DNA of 64,000 nt from a virus. The notes beneath the pieces are model-generated. The model worked only from the letters and a program-made list of their open reading frames with translations. It was not told the origin of the DNA and did no database searches. The stretch spans positions 32,001 to 96,000 of the IMG/VR virus record IMGVR_UViG_3300029319_000010, one strand, 5' to 3'. The first letter of the stretch is position 1; the number at the start of each line of letters is the position of its first letter. The position numbers and the translations under genes are program-made. Positions 20,097 to 28,244 of the stretch are shown here, piece by piece.

Positions 20097-20923
20097 TGTG
20101 GATTATCTTTTAACCATTTAATTATACTTTGTACTTCATCTTTTAAATACTTTAATGTATATATTTTAATATCTTCTATTATAGGTTCACCTTGCTCATT
20201 CTTTTCTGTAATAGGATATCCATGTTCATTATCACCTATCTTTTTAAATTTTACATGTTGTATTTGTAATTTACCTATTTTTAGTTTAGGATTATGCTTT
20301 TTTATTATATAAGCATATAAACTTAACTGTAAATTATAATGATTAAGATTACAATCATCTAAATGACTTACAGGATTATACATTTTAGATGTTATACCTT
20401 CCCAGTTAGTAAATCCTTTTTCCTTTATTTCTTTATTAGTTTTATAATCAATAATATGTATTTGATTATTAACTATAGTTACTAAATCTGCTTGACCGCA
20501 TATACCTAAAGATTTAAGATAAACAAAATGTTCTGGATATACACCATCAGAAACTTTTTGATCCGGTGCAATCTTTGTACCGCTACCATCTACTATAGGT
20601 CTAACAATAGGAACAACTACCCCATCTCTTTCTATAGTTTTAAATTCACATAAGTTTTTTTCTCTTTGATCATGATACCAATTACCAAGTTCAATAGCTC
20701 TTTGAGATTCACCATCCCAAGCTGCTAGTATTTCTTTTGGTGTCATACCATGCCATTTAGATCTTTTGTTTTTAGATGATTTTTTTGCTTGTGCCTCAGC
20801 ATCAAACTTAGGTTTAAATAAACCAACAAAAGATGTAACACTAGTCCATTTAATAGCATCTTTTGAAAGATCTTCATTTAAACTTTCATATATGTGACCA
20901 TCCTCTTTAAATATTACTGTCAT
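20090..20923 (-). CDS. PD-(D/E)XK family exonuclease
   Basis: SVT, GNWYH, GQADL, IIDYKT and QLSLY motifs. Confidence 0.8.
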   Translation of the reverse strand: MTVIFKEDGHIYESLNEDLSKDAIKWTSVTSFVGLFKPKFDAEAQAKKSSKNKRSKWHGMTPKEILAAWDGESQRAIELGNWYHDQREKNLCEFKTIERDGVVVPIVRPIVDGSGTKIAPDQKVSDGVYPEHFVYLKSLGICGQADLVTIVNNQIHIIDYKTNKEIKEKGFTNWEGITSKMYNPVSHLDDCNLNHYNLQLSLYAYIIKKHNPKLKIGKLQIQHVKFKKIGDNEHGYPITEKNEQGEPIIEDIKIYTLKYLKDEVQSIIKWLKDNPQC

Positions 20924-21299
20924 CTTCTCTAAGTTTTAAATTTTTACTCATTTGTTTTATTTTTTCATCATGCTCCTTTTTTTCATCTGCAATTATTTGT
21001 TGTTTAAGTAAATTTTCTATTGCACCTGGCATTACTGCTTTCCATCTACCTTTTGGACATGCTGATGATAAAGCTCTTAATTTTAAACTTAAACTGCATC
21101 CACAATCAGAACAACAGGGCTGTGTTCCATTAACAGCACATGCTTTACCTGTCTTATCTAATAAAGGACATATTTTACATTCTAGCCATCTTAATTTAGC
21201 TACAGCTTCTACATCATCTTTTTTAAATACTTTATTCTTTACACCTTCAGTAATTTGTTTTATATTTCCTAATGCACCTAATAATTTACTTATTCTCAT
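20907..21299 (-). CDS. Zn-finger-like protein
   Basis: RWLECKICP, CCSDCGC, CPKGRW. Confidence 0.55.
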   Translation of the reverse strand: MRISKLLGALGNIKQITEGVKNKVFKKDDVEAVAKLRWLECKICPLLDKTGKACAVNGTQPCCSDCGCSLSLKLRALSSACPKGRWKAVMPGAIENLLKQQIIADEKKEHDEKIKQMSKNLKLREDDSNI

Positions 21300-21645
21300 T
21301 TTTAAAATCCTTTTTTTGTTGTATTTTTTTATTTAATTCAAGAAGAGCTTTTTCCATTTGTTCTAACTTATTTTTTACAGCTACAGACTTTTCATAACCT
21401 TTGTATGTAGTCTTTTGCAAATTACCTAATATATCTTTATTTCTCTTAATTGCTTTTTCAAGTTTAGTTTTGCGTAAACTAAATGTGCCTAGATTAGGTA
21501 ATATAATTTTACTTGATGTTAGATTAGATAAATTATCTCTAAACTTCTCATAGAAAAAATATACTAAATCTGCAACTACATCTTTATGTACATCTGCTTT
21601 TTCTGCTACTTCTTTATAAAATTGTTTACTCTTCTTGGGATTCAA
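21286..21645 (-). CDS. HU/IHF-like DNA-binding protein
   Basis: Helical N-terminus then IILPNLGTFSLR; IHF-like genes are conserved in crAss-like phages. Confidence 0.65.
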   Translation of the reverse strand: MNPKKSKQFYKEVAEKADVHKDVVADLVYFFYEKFRDNLSNLTSSKIILPNLGTFSLRKTKLEKAIKRNKDILGNLQKTTYKGYEKSVAVKNKLEQMEKALLELNKKIQQKKDFKNENK

Positions 21646-21997
21646 AACTTAATATTTTATAATCTAATAAGATTGTTTCTTCTGTTTGTATATTCATAAT
21701 AGGATTTATCTTTATAATCTTCTTATTCTTACCTTCTTTTACTATTAAGTTTTTCTTTTCTGCTTTTGATAAAGCATTTCTACATGATTGTGAACTTTTA
21801 AAAATACCACTGCTAGATATATGCTCACAAAATTTAGTTAATTCAATAGAATCAAGTTTAGATAACTCTAATAAACAATTAAGATCTGACAAACTTATTT
21901 GTATATTATTTAAAAAGCAATAAGTAAGGATCTGATATTTTATTACCATATCCTTACTCATTCTTACTTTCTTGTCAACTTTATTAACTATAGCCAT
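21626..21997 (-). CDS. Winged-helix DNA-binding protein
   Basis: SQSCRNALSKAEKKNLIVK followed by a wing-like hairpin. Confidence 0.5.
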   Translation of the reverse strand: MAIVNKVDKKVRMSKDMVIKYQILTYCFLNNIQISLSDLNCLLELSKLDSIELTKFCEHISSSGIFKSSQSCRNALSKAEKKNLIVKEGKNKKIIKINPIMNIQTEETILLDYKILSFESQEE

Positions 21998-22605
21998 GAA
22001 GTAACAATATCTTTACTATCTAGTAATGTATATGTAAAATTATTATTCCATGTATCTCTAGCTTTTCTACATATTTTCATAAATAATCTCCAATCATCAT
22101 TAGAAGCTATCACTTGACAACCTGCTGACCATTTATCTACTTGACTAGATTTTTTACCAGCATATTTAGTTGCTCTATGAATGTTAATACCAAAAAGCCC
22201 TGTTTGCGTATTATTATCATCTAGATCATAATTATTATCCCTATTATTATCTCTATAGACTGTCATAGGGTTTTGCTGACCAAGAGCTTCATATCTACCT
22301 TGATGTTTTCTAATCTTATGACTATGCCTATATTGACCTGGTTTTAGTACAGCAACTCCTTCTTTTCTCATTATGTTCTCAACCCAATGAGTACCTGGAT
22401 CTGTTGTACAATCAAATGTATGAAATTTCCATATGCCATTTTCTTTGTAAGACAAAGTCATTAAATCATCAAATCTATTTGTAACTTTAAAACCTGTTGA
22501 AGAGTTTCTGATCCCAATTACGTTAAGATTATATTCACCTCTTGTGAAGTACTTATATTCTTTTTGTTTCATAGTCTCTTCTATTTGTTCTCTAGTATAT
22601 TTCAT
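21988..22605 (-). CDS. Putative lysin of the L,D-transpeptidase (YkuD-like) fold
   Basis: GINIH-x16-SAGCQV matches the YkuD His...S-x-G-C catalytic signature; close to a 2-TM holin-like gene. Confidence 0.6.
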   Translation of the reverse strand: MKYTREQIEETMKQKEYKYFTRGEYNLNVIGIRNSSTGFKVTNRFDDLMTLSYKENGIWKFHTFDCTTDPGTHWVENIMRKEGVAVLKPGQYRHSHKIRKHQGRYEALGQQNPMTVYRDNNRDNNYDLDDNNTQTGLFGINIHRATKYAGKKSSQVDKWSAGCQVIASNDDWRLFMKICRKARDTWNNNFTYTLLDSKDIVTSWL

Positions 22606-22970
22606 GATTTTGCACGTTTTAAAGATCTTTTCATATCTTTCTTAATAGATTCTGCCATTTCCTTTCCGGATTTAGCAGCAGATTCAACAGAACTAAGATC
22701 TGGTTTTACATTCGTAGTTGGAGAAGGTGTGGAAGGTGCAGCAGGCATATCATCATTACCTGGACCTGCCATACTTTGAGCAATAAACATTTGTGCCTGT
22801 AATCTTTCAGCACGTGTTTTTTCTATATCTCTTAAGAGACCTTCATATTCTAACTGAGTTTTAAGAGATGGAATTGTGCTTTTATAATAAGCATGAATCT
22901 CTTTTCTTTTCTTTTCCATTTCCTCCTTAGACATTTCTGCAGGATTTGGAATATTGGTTTCATTTGCCAT
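22602..22970 (-). CDS. Hypothetical coiled-coil protein
   Basis: 122-aa ORF preceded by TATATTTG (22999-23006, minus strand). Confidence 0.55.
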   Translation of the reverse strand: MANETNIPNPAEMSKEEMEKKRKEIHAYYKSTIPSLKTQLEYEGLLRDIEKTRAERLQAQMFIAQSMAGPGNDDMPAAPSTPSPTTNVKPDLSSVESAAKSGKEMAESIKKDMKRSLKRAKS

Positions 22971-23045
22971 GTTAAAAAAATTTTAATTAATAATAAGGCA
23001 AATATAAACAAATAAAATTTAAATCAAAAAAGTTTAGGATATTTT

Positions 23046-23261
23046 TTATTTTCCTTTAATTTTTTCAAATGAACTTATACCAAAGCTACCTAATGTAACA
23101 ATAACAAATGAGTTATATATAACTTCGTTTATAACTAGTTCCATACCACACCATCCTGTAATTAGATCACATATAGCAAATATTACCATTAAAATAAATG
23201 ATGCAAAGCCAACTATAGCTTTTTCATTTATATCATTTTCATCTTTAAATAATTTCCACAT
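23046..23261 (-). CDS. Putative holin (2 TM)
   Basis: Two hydrophobic segments and a basic C-terminus. Confidence 0.5.
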   Translation of the reverse strand: MWKLFKDENDINEKAIVGFASFILMVIFAICDLITGWCGMELVINEVIYNSFVIVTLGSFGISSFEKIKGK

Positions 23262-23264
23262 AAC

Positions 23265-23600
23265 TTAACATTTCCATTTTTTTCTTGCAAGACATGCTCT
23301 TTTCTTAGGAGTTTTCCTGCAATCTATATTAAACTTTTTAATTTGACCTAAATTTCTTGCACAGAAAGATCTTTTACGCGGCCCTCCTCCTGGTTGAGGT
23401 GGTTTTAAATTAGATCCTGTTTTACGGTTAATCATCTTACGGCCTTTAGCTGTAAGTCCCCCTGATTTACTTTTACAACCATTTTTAATTGTACAGCCTG
23501 CCATACCACCTTTTTTGAATGATTCATACATTCCTGGTACTTTTCTGTTTCTATCATCATATATTGGGGCAACATCTGTCCCTGCTAATATTTGACTCAT
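23265..23600 (-). CDS. Small basic Cys-containing protein (DUF6321-like)
   Basis: GGLTAKGR...TGSNLKPP...RKRSFCAR...RKKWKC; start reassigned to ATG 23600; contains FKKGG. Confidence 0.65.
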   Translation of the reverse strand: MSQILAGTDVAPIYDDRNRKVPGMYESFKKGGMAGCTIKNGCKSKSGGLTAKGRKMINRKTGSNLKPPQPGGGPRKRSFCARNLGQIKKFNIDCRKTPKKRACLARKKWKC

Positions 23601-23601
23601 T

Positions 23602-23814
23602 TTATTTCTTTTTATTTTTTTTCCAACTAATTCTTTTTTTACTGGTTTTTTTTCTAGCCGCAGATGTACATTGTGCTTTAGTAGGTCTACAAGCAGGATA
23701 TGGTCTTTTAGAATCAGTTCTAGACTTTCTTCCACAAGGCTTTCCAGTCTTACAATCTATCCAACCTTTACCCTGGTTTCTACTAAACCATTTACGTAAA
23801 CCTTCTTTAGCCAT
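23602..23814 (-). CDS. Small basic protein (GLRKWF...KPCGR...YPACRP family)
   Basis: 70 aa, K/R-rich, recognisable marine-phage small-protein pattern. Confidence 0.65.
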   Translation of the reverse strand: MAKEGLRKWFSRNQGKGWIDCKTGKPCGRKSRTDSKRPYPACRPTKAQCTSAARKKTSKKRISWKKNKKK

Positions 23815-24020
23815 TATTTTTTCTTTTTCTTCTTTTTAGAATTACCCCAATTAGCAGCACCTACCTTTCTACACTTTACTAAAGCTCCTGATCCATAAGC
23901 AGATGGCCAGGTACCTCCATTTCTAGTATATCTTGCTTTTACTTTATAATAGCATGCATCTTTTTTACTACCACCTTTTTTATATTCTTTATCTTCTTTA
24001 ACTTTTTTTAATACTGACAT
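23814..24020 (-). CDS. Small basic protein (DACYxKVK...WPSAYxSGALVKCRK family)
   Basis: Start reassigned to ATG 24020; YKKGG motif; poly-K tail. Confidence 0.65.
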   Translation of the reverse strand: MSVLKKVKEDKEYKKGGSKKDACYYKVKARYTRNGGTWPSAYGSGALVKCRKVGAANWGNSKKKKKKK

Positions 24021-24024
24021 CTTT

Positions 24025-24258
24025 TTATTTTTTACTATGTAATTTCTGTACTTTAAATTTAGCAACAAGTGATGCACCTTTATGTGGTTTAAACTTGCCT
24101 GTATGCTTCATTAATTTATATCCAGATCCACTTTTCATCCAGTGAAAGCCAGCAGGAGCCTTTACAGACTTCATACTAGTAGATCCACCTTTTTTATAAA
24201 CACTCTTAGGCATTTTAGCATTTGACTTTGTAACTTTTCTTTTATTTAAATGTCCCAT
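24025..24258 (-). CDS. Small basic protein (KAPxGFHWM family)
   Basis: 77 aa, K-rich, YKKGG motif. Confidence 0.6.
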   Translation of the reverse strand: MGHLNKRKVTKSNAKMPKSVYKKGGSTSMKSVKAPAGFHWMKSGSGYKLMKHTGKFKPHKGASLVAKFKVQKLHSKK

Positions 24259-24260
24259 AA

Positions 24261-24605
24261 TTAAAACGGTATTGTTATTGTTAAACTTCCTGAACCTTTA
24301 CCTATATTTAAACTACCCCATATACACATTCCATATTTGCAAAACCCCCTTGATGGTGGTTGTGTGCATTGACAATTAGGTAGATTTAATCTAGGATCAC
24401 CAGTTCCACCTACTTGTTCTGTAAATTTAATTTGTGCAGCTAAAAAACTTCTTAATTCAGCTAGTGTTAATTTATCTTCTTTTAATTGTCTAGCTCCTGC
24501 TTCTCCTCTTCTTCTTGCTATAGTATTAAATATAAATTCAGATGTATCTATAAGGGTATCACTATCTACAATGATTTCATGATATGTTTTTACTTGATCA
24601 TTCAT
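24261..24605 (-). CDS. Hypothetical protein with 4-Cys C-terminal segment
   Basis: Start at ATG 24605 just after the SNase stop; VGG followed by CQC...C...C. Confidence 0.5.
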   Translation of the reverse strand: MNDQVKTYHEIIVDSDTLIDTSEFIFNTIARRRGEAGARQLKEDKLTLAELRSFLAAQIKFTEQVGGTGDPRLNLPNCQCTQPPSRGFCKYGMCIWGSLNIGKGSGSLTITIPF

Positions 24606-24606
24606 T

Positions 24607-24987
24607 TTAAAAAGTTTTACGTTTACCACCGTCATACTCCACGGCATAACCTTCTTTTACAAGACAATCATTTACACAAACTTTAGTTATTGTGTCTTTG
24701 CCTGCTATTTTATCTATATGTAATCTACCAAGAACTCTACCATATTTACCCAGCTCTTGTGATTCTAACTCAAAACAATTAGCCGCACCATCTAACATAT
24801 CTGTTAGCCTTTCTTTTGCAGCCAAACCTAATTTCTTTTCAACTTTATTTCTTGTTCTAGATTCTGGTGCATTAATACCAGCAAGTCTAATCCTTTTTTT
24901 AACGTGTACACCAAACCCTAGATCTATCATTGCATCTATTGTATCACCATCAACTACCTTTACACACTTTGCATTATAGTTATACAT
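24607..24987 (-). CDS. Thermonuclease (SNase family)
   Basis: VVDGDTI, IRLAGINAPE, GKYGRVLG, LVKEGYA; start at MYNY (24987). Confidence 0.9.
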   Translation of the reverse strand: MYNYNAKCVKVVDGDTIDAMIDLGFGVHVKKRIRLAGINAPESRTRNKVEKKLGLAAKERLTDMLDGAANCFELESQELGKYGRVLGRLHIDKIAGKDTITKVCVNDCLVKEGYAVEYDGGKRKTF

Positions 24988-25291
24988 TATTAAATATTTT
25001 ATTCTTAATCTTGAGCAACTCTGCACATTTTTCATATTCTTCTAGATCTTCATAATAATATATTGTATCATTATAAACATCTTCATCTGGCTCATCACTT
25101 GGATTATATATCATAATTGCTTTTAAACCATACTTATCATTTACATCTAAAAGATCCTCAAATGAAGCTTTTTTTGTTAAAACCATATACGAGTTTTCAA
25201 ATGCTTGTTCTACAATATAGTTTTCATATTCTATTTTTTCTTCAAGACTCATCTTTTCAGATGATTCTTCATTGAAAGGATCTTTTGACAT
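24980..25291 (-). CDS. Acidic protein with C-terminal UVR-like helix
   Basis: EEYEKCAELL motif. Confidence 0.5.
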   Translation of the reverse strand: MSKDPFNEESSEKMSLEEKIEYENYIVEQAFENSYMVLTKKASFEDLLDVNDKYGLKAIMIYNPSDEPDEDVYNDTIYYYEDLEEYEKCAELLKIKNKIFNNV

Positions 25292-25310
25292 AATTTTAAG
25301 TTTTAGTTTT

Positions 25311-25484
25311 TTAACCTCTTCCTCTACTTCTCTTTAGAGAAGAAGAACCTTTGAATCTTGCAGCTTCCATTCTTGGGTCCATATTATGAGATCCACCATA
25401 CATCATGTATCCCATACCCATAGTTTTAGGCTTCTTTTTGTCACCACCCGCACGGTAGTTCATTCTTTTTCTAGTTCCTGGCAT
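25311..25484 (-). CDS. Small basic protein, 57 aa (MPGTRKRMNYRAGGDKKKPKTMGMGYMMYGGSHNMDPRMEAARFKGSSSLKRSRGRG); absent from the ORF track
   Basis: Manual translation; A-rich leader; YRAGG and MMYGG motifs like its neighbours. Confidence 0.65.
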   Translation of the reverse strand: MPGTRKRMNYRAGGDKKKPKTMGMGYMMYGGSHNMDPRMEAARFKGSSSLKRSRGRG

Positions 25485-25513
25485 AATTTTAAATTTTAAT
25501 AGTTAATAAATAA

Positions 25514-26221
25514 TTACATCATGTTTCTTCTAAACATTCTGTCTCTTTTTCTATCCATACGTCTATCACGTCTTGCTTGCTGTCTCTCTGTTCTAGCATC
25601 TATTCTACCCATCTTTCTAGCTTGTCTGTCCATACGTCTATCCATTCTTCTTTCTTGTCTGTTCTCTCTTCTGTCCGCTCTACGTGCTTGTCTTTCCTCT
25701 CTTCTATCAGCTCTTCTAGCTTGTCTCATCTCTCTCATTAGGTCACGACCTTCTTTTCTAGCCGCTCTACGCATAAATCTGTTTCCTATTCTAGTTAAAG
25801 CTGGATCTGGTCCTCCCATTCCAGGTGCCATATAGTTAAATCCCATAGTTCCTGGTCCTGACATTCCCATCATATTAAATCCTGGTCTTGCATAAGCTGT
25901 TTGCATAGGGTTTACAACAGGCATTATATTTGATCCTGTACCCATGCCTGCTTCAACGGCAGAGCTTAAATCTCCAGTAGTATTATAATTAGCTATTCCT
26001 TCATCAACCATATCTGGATTTAGACCTGCATCTATTAATTCTTCTCTAATTTCTCCCGTATCTTGATACGAAGTCAATTTCTTTCTAGTTCCGCCTCCAT
26101 ACCCCATTCTTCTACGAGCTGTCCCACCAGATTTAAGATAACCCATTTTCTTTCTAACACTAGGGTCTAATGCTCTTAATCCGTTATATTTTTTACCTTT
26201 TGGTATTGCTTTAAGTGCCAT
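25514..26221 (-). CDS. Arg/Met-rich protamine-like protein
   Basis: C-terminal ~90 aa made of RRxDRR/QARR repeats; N-terminal LKSGG and MGYGGG; first gene after the late motif at 26288. Confidence 0.65.
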   Translation of the reverse strand: MALKAIPKGKKYNGLRALDPSVRKKMGYLKSGGTARRRMGYGGGTRKKLTSYQDTGEIREELIDAGLNPDMVDEGIANYNTTGDLSSAVEAGMGTGSNIMPVVNPMQTAYARPGFNMMGMSGPGTMGFNYMAPGMGGPDPALTRIGNRFMRRAARKEGRDLMREMRQARRADRREERQARRADRRENRQERRMDRRMDRQARKMGRIDARTERQQARRDRRMDRKRDRMFRRNMM

Positions 26222-26287
26222 AATTTTTATTTTAAAATTAGTATTTCATTTTTAAGTTACCCTTCTGTAAAGGATCCCCTCACTATT

Positions 26288-26298
26288 TAATATACAAA
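26288..26298 (-). promoter_or_regulatory. Putative late-promoter motif TTTGTATATTA
   Basis: Exact copy at the head of the leftward block. Confidence 0.65.
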
Positions 26299-26446
26299 AA
26301 CTCCCCCGGTAATGCAAAAATAATGTGTTTAAGGTTCTAATGGGGTTTATGTTTTTGGCTCCCCCAATAAAGTCCGGCAGTGTACTACCCCCAGGTTGTA
26401 TACTGGCAATATATATAAATCTTAAATAAATTTAAAATTAATAGCT

Positions 26447-26782
26447 ATGGCGACAATAAAAATTAAGAACCACGGTTCTCAAATATTAGTAACTGACTCT
26501 GATGTAGTCAGAGATGTGCAAGGTAATGAAAAGTGTAATGAAGAGTTTCCTTTTCTAAAAGATGTACCAATGTTAAACATTGATCCAACCGGCAAAGTTG
26601 GCATCCTTCCATTAAAGAAAGGATCCAAAATGGCTGAAGTATTTCTTGGCTTACCCAAAGGTACAAAAGTACCTGTTGAGTTAACCAAGAAAGAAATAGA
26701 AGGTGCAGATGGTAAAATCTACTACCGTGCAAGATTAATCTCTTCATACTTTACAGCAATAAAAGCAAAGGCAGATAAATAA
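26447..26782 (+). CDS. Hypothetical protein, first gene of the rightward (early) block
   Basis: 111-aa ORF with A-rich leader and a terminator-like hairpin over its stop. Confidence 0.65.
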   Translation: MATIKIKNHGSQILVTDSDVVRDVQGNEKCNEEFPFLKDVPMLNIDPTGKVGILPLKKGSKMAEVFLGLPKGTKVPVELTKKEIEGADGKIYYRARLISSYFTAIKAKADK

Positions 26783-27488
26783 ATCTGCTTTTTGCTTTAG
26801 CTTGTCTTATGGAAGCTACGGTAATATGGAACTTACTGTAGCTTTTTACCTGCTTATATAGCAATCCAGGTCCTGAACTTACGCAGAACAGTTGTACCTG
26901 CAACTATACAGCAACTTTTTTATCTTTTTGCTCCCAAAATAATTTTTGCACAGCAAAAAGTTGTGTGTGTTAGTGTGTAAAGATGAGGTATACAATACCA
27001 CATTTTACCACTTAACACCACATGGTCTAACGGAATGAACCGTATTAAATAATATAGCTATAACTACTACATCAGGCGTGCCAAACAGAAGAGTACAAGG
27101 TAGTACTCACGGATTGATAGTAGTAGTTGTAGTCTTATGTTCTCTCTCTATAGGATAAGAGACATAGTAACCGCAAGGTTATAAATTGGAATTAAATAAA
27201 TAGAGGTTTAGTTCTTCGGTAATATAAGTAAAGCACAGTAGGATGCTGTTGAGGAGTATTACTGCACCGGTCTACAAAGCTAGTAGATTGCCAGAGATCT
27301 TAGGTAGAAACACTACTTAGTCTATTAGAGATGTAGTTATAATATATGTGCACAATGTATTATAACTCTCTCTTCTTATAATCTAACAGAGTAAACTGTA
27401 TAAAAGAAACTAGGAGAAGTTAACTGCACATGGTTGCAAACATAGATGCAGAGGGTTAGGAGTAATTACCTAATCTTCTGTCTTCTCC
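26762..27488 (+). ncRNA. Candidate large structured non-coding RNA (tandem hairpin tract)
   Basis: No ORF of 60 aa or more after 26782; a dozen or more abutting stem-loops; mismatches read mostly as G-U on the plus strand; GCAA tetraloop at 27168-27181. Confidence 0.5.
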
Positions 27489-27493
27489 ATCAC

Positions 27494-27537
27494 ATAACGT
27501 CCACATACTACGTTCAAAGTATGAATTCACTTAAATT
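27494..27537 (+). repeat. 44-bp direct repeat, copy 1 (upstream regulatory element)
   Basis: 38/44 identical to 27927-27970; internal CATACT/AGTATG inverted repeat. Confidence 0.8.
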
Positions 27538-27550
27538 TAATTAACTAAGA

Positions 27551-27829
27551 ATGGAAACATATGAAATAAGAATCTATCCTCATGAATATATGGATAGAGC
27601 TAAACAAGATCACTTTGCTGCATTTAATATAGCAGATAAAATATCTAATGTAATAAAATTAATGTTAGATTCTGATACTGAAGTAAAATATATTGATGAA
27701 TCAACTAATGATAGTTATCAGTATTTAATACTTAATCCAAATAGTCTTGTTACAAAGGAACTAAGAAAGAAAATAGAATTAGTTTTTCCTAAAGTACATT
27801 TTGGAAATAGATGGAGAGAGGTAGCTTAA
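27551..27829 (+). CDS. Hypothetical early protein
   Basis: 92-aa ORF after repeat copy 1; terminator-like hairpin at 27817-27842. Confidence 0.6.
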   Translation: METYEIRIYPHEYMDRAKQDHFAAFNIADKISNVIKLMLDSDTEVKYIDESTNDSYQYLILNPNSLVTKELRKKIELVFPKVHFGNRWREVA

Positions 27830-27926
27830 TGTTACCTCTTTACTATTGGACCGTAACTCACCTATCTTTGGTTGGGCTTGATCACCTGTAATCATTGATC
27901 CAAATGACGTGAGTGAGGTCCTCATT

Positions 27927-27970
27927 ATAACGCTTGCATACTGCGTTTAAAGTATGAATTCACTTAAATT
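27927..27970 (+). repeat. 44-bp direct repeat, copy 2
   Basis: Matches copy 1; last 22 nt identical. Confidence 0.8.
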
Positions 27971-27977
27971 AAATGAT

Positions 27978-28244
27978 ATGAACTTAGGAATAAAAATATT
28001 TAATAAAGCAATGTTTAAAAGATTTATGGGATTTGCTGACCAAGGTCAAGTATTTAAAAAGGACGCTCTTTATGTACTTAGAAATGAATGGAAATATTCA
28101 GATGGAAGTACAGGAAAATTCTTTGTTACAGGTAAAATGATTTATCAAGCACTAAATGACTCTACAAGTAATGACAGATTTAGTGATATAGATATTAATC
28201 ATAAAGATTTTATTAATCAAATGATTCTAAATCTTTGCGTGTAA
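27978..28244 (+). CDS. Hypothetical early protein
   Basis: ORF; start is either 27954 (ATG inside the repeat) or 27978. Confidence 0.55.
   Translation: MNLGIKIFNKAMFKRFMGFADQGQVFKKDALYVLRNEWKYSDGSTGKFFVTGKMIYQALNDSTSNDRFSDIDINHKDFINQMILNLCV

Noticed and set aside
20090-20923. Cas4/CRISPR association of the PD-(D/E)XK nuclease
   Set aside because: Lacks the four-Cys Fe-S pattern and CRISPR context; an ordinary phage exonuclease
26783-27550. tmRNA, RNase P RNA or self-splicing intron in the structured tract
   Set aside because: No tRNA-like ends, tag reading frame, P4 consensus or interrupted exon could be recognised by eye; kept only as an unclassified structured element
27494-27970. 44-bp repeat as a mini-CRISPR or att site
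   Set aside because: Only two imperfect copies 433 bp apart, flanking a gene; no integrase seen
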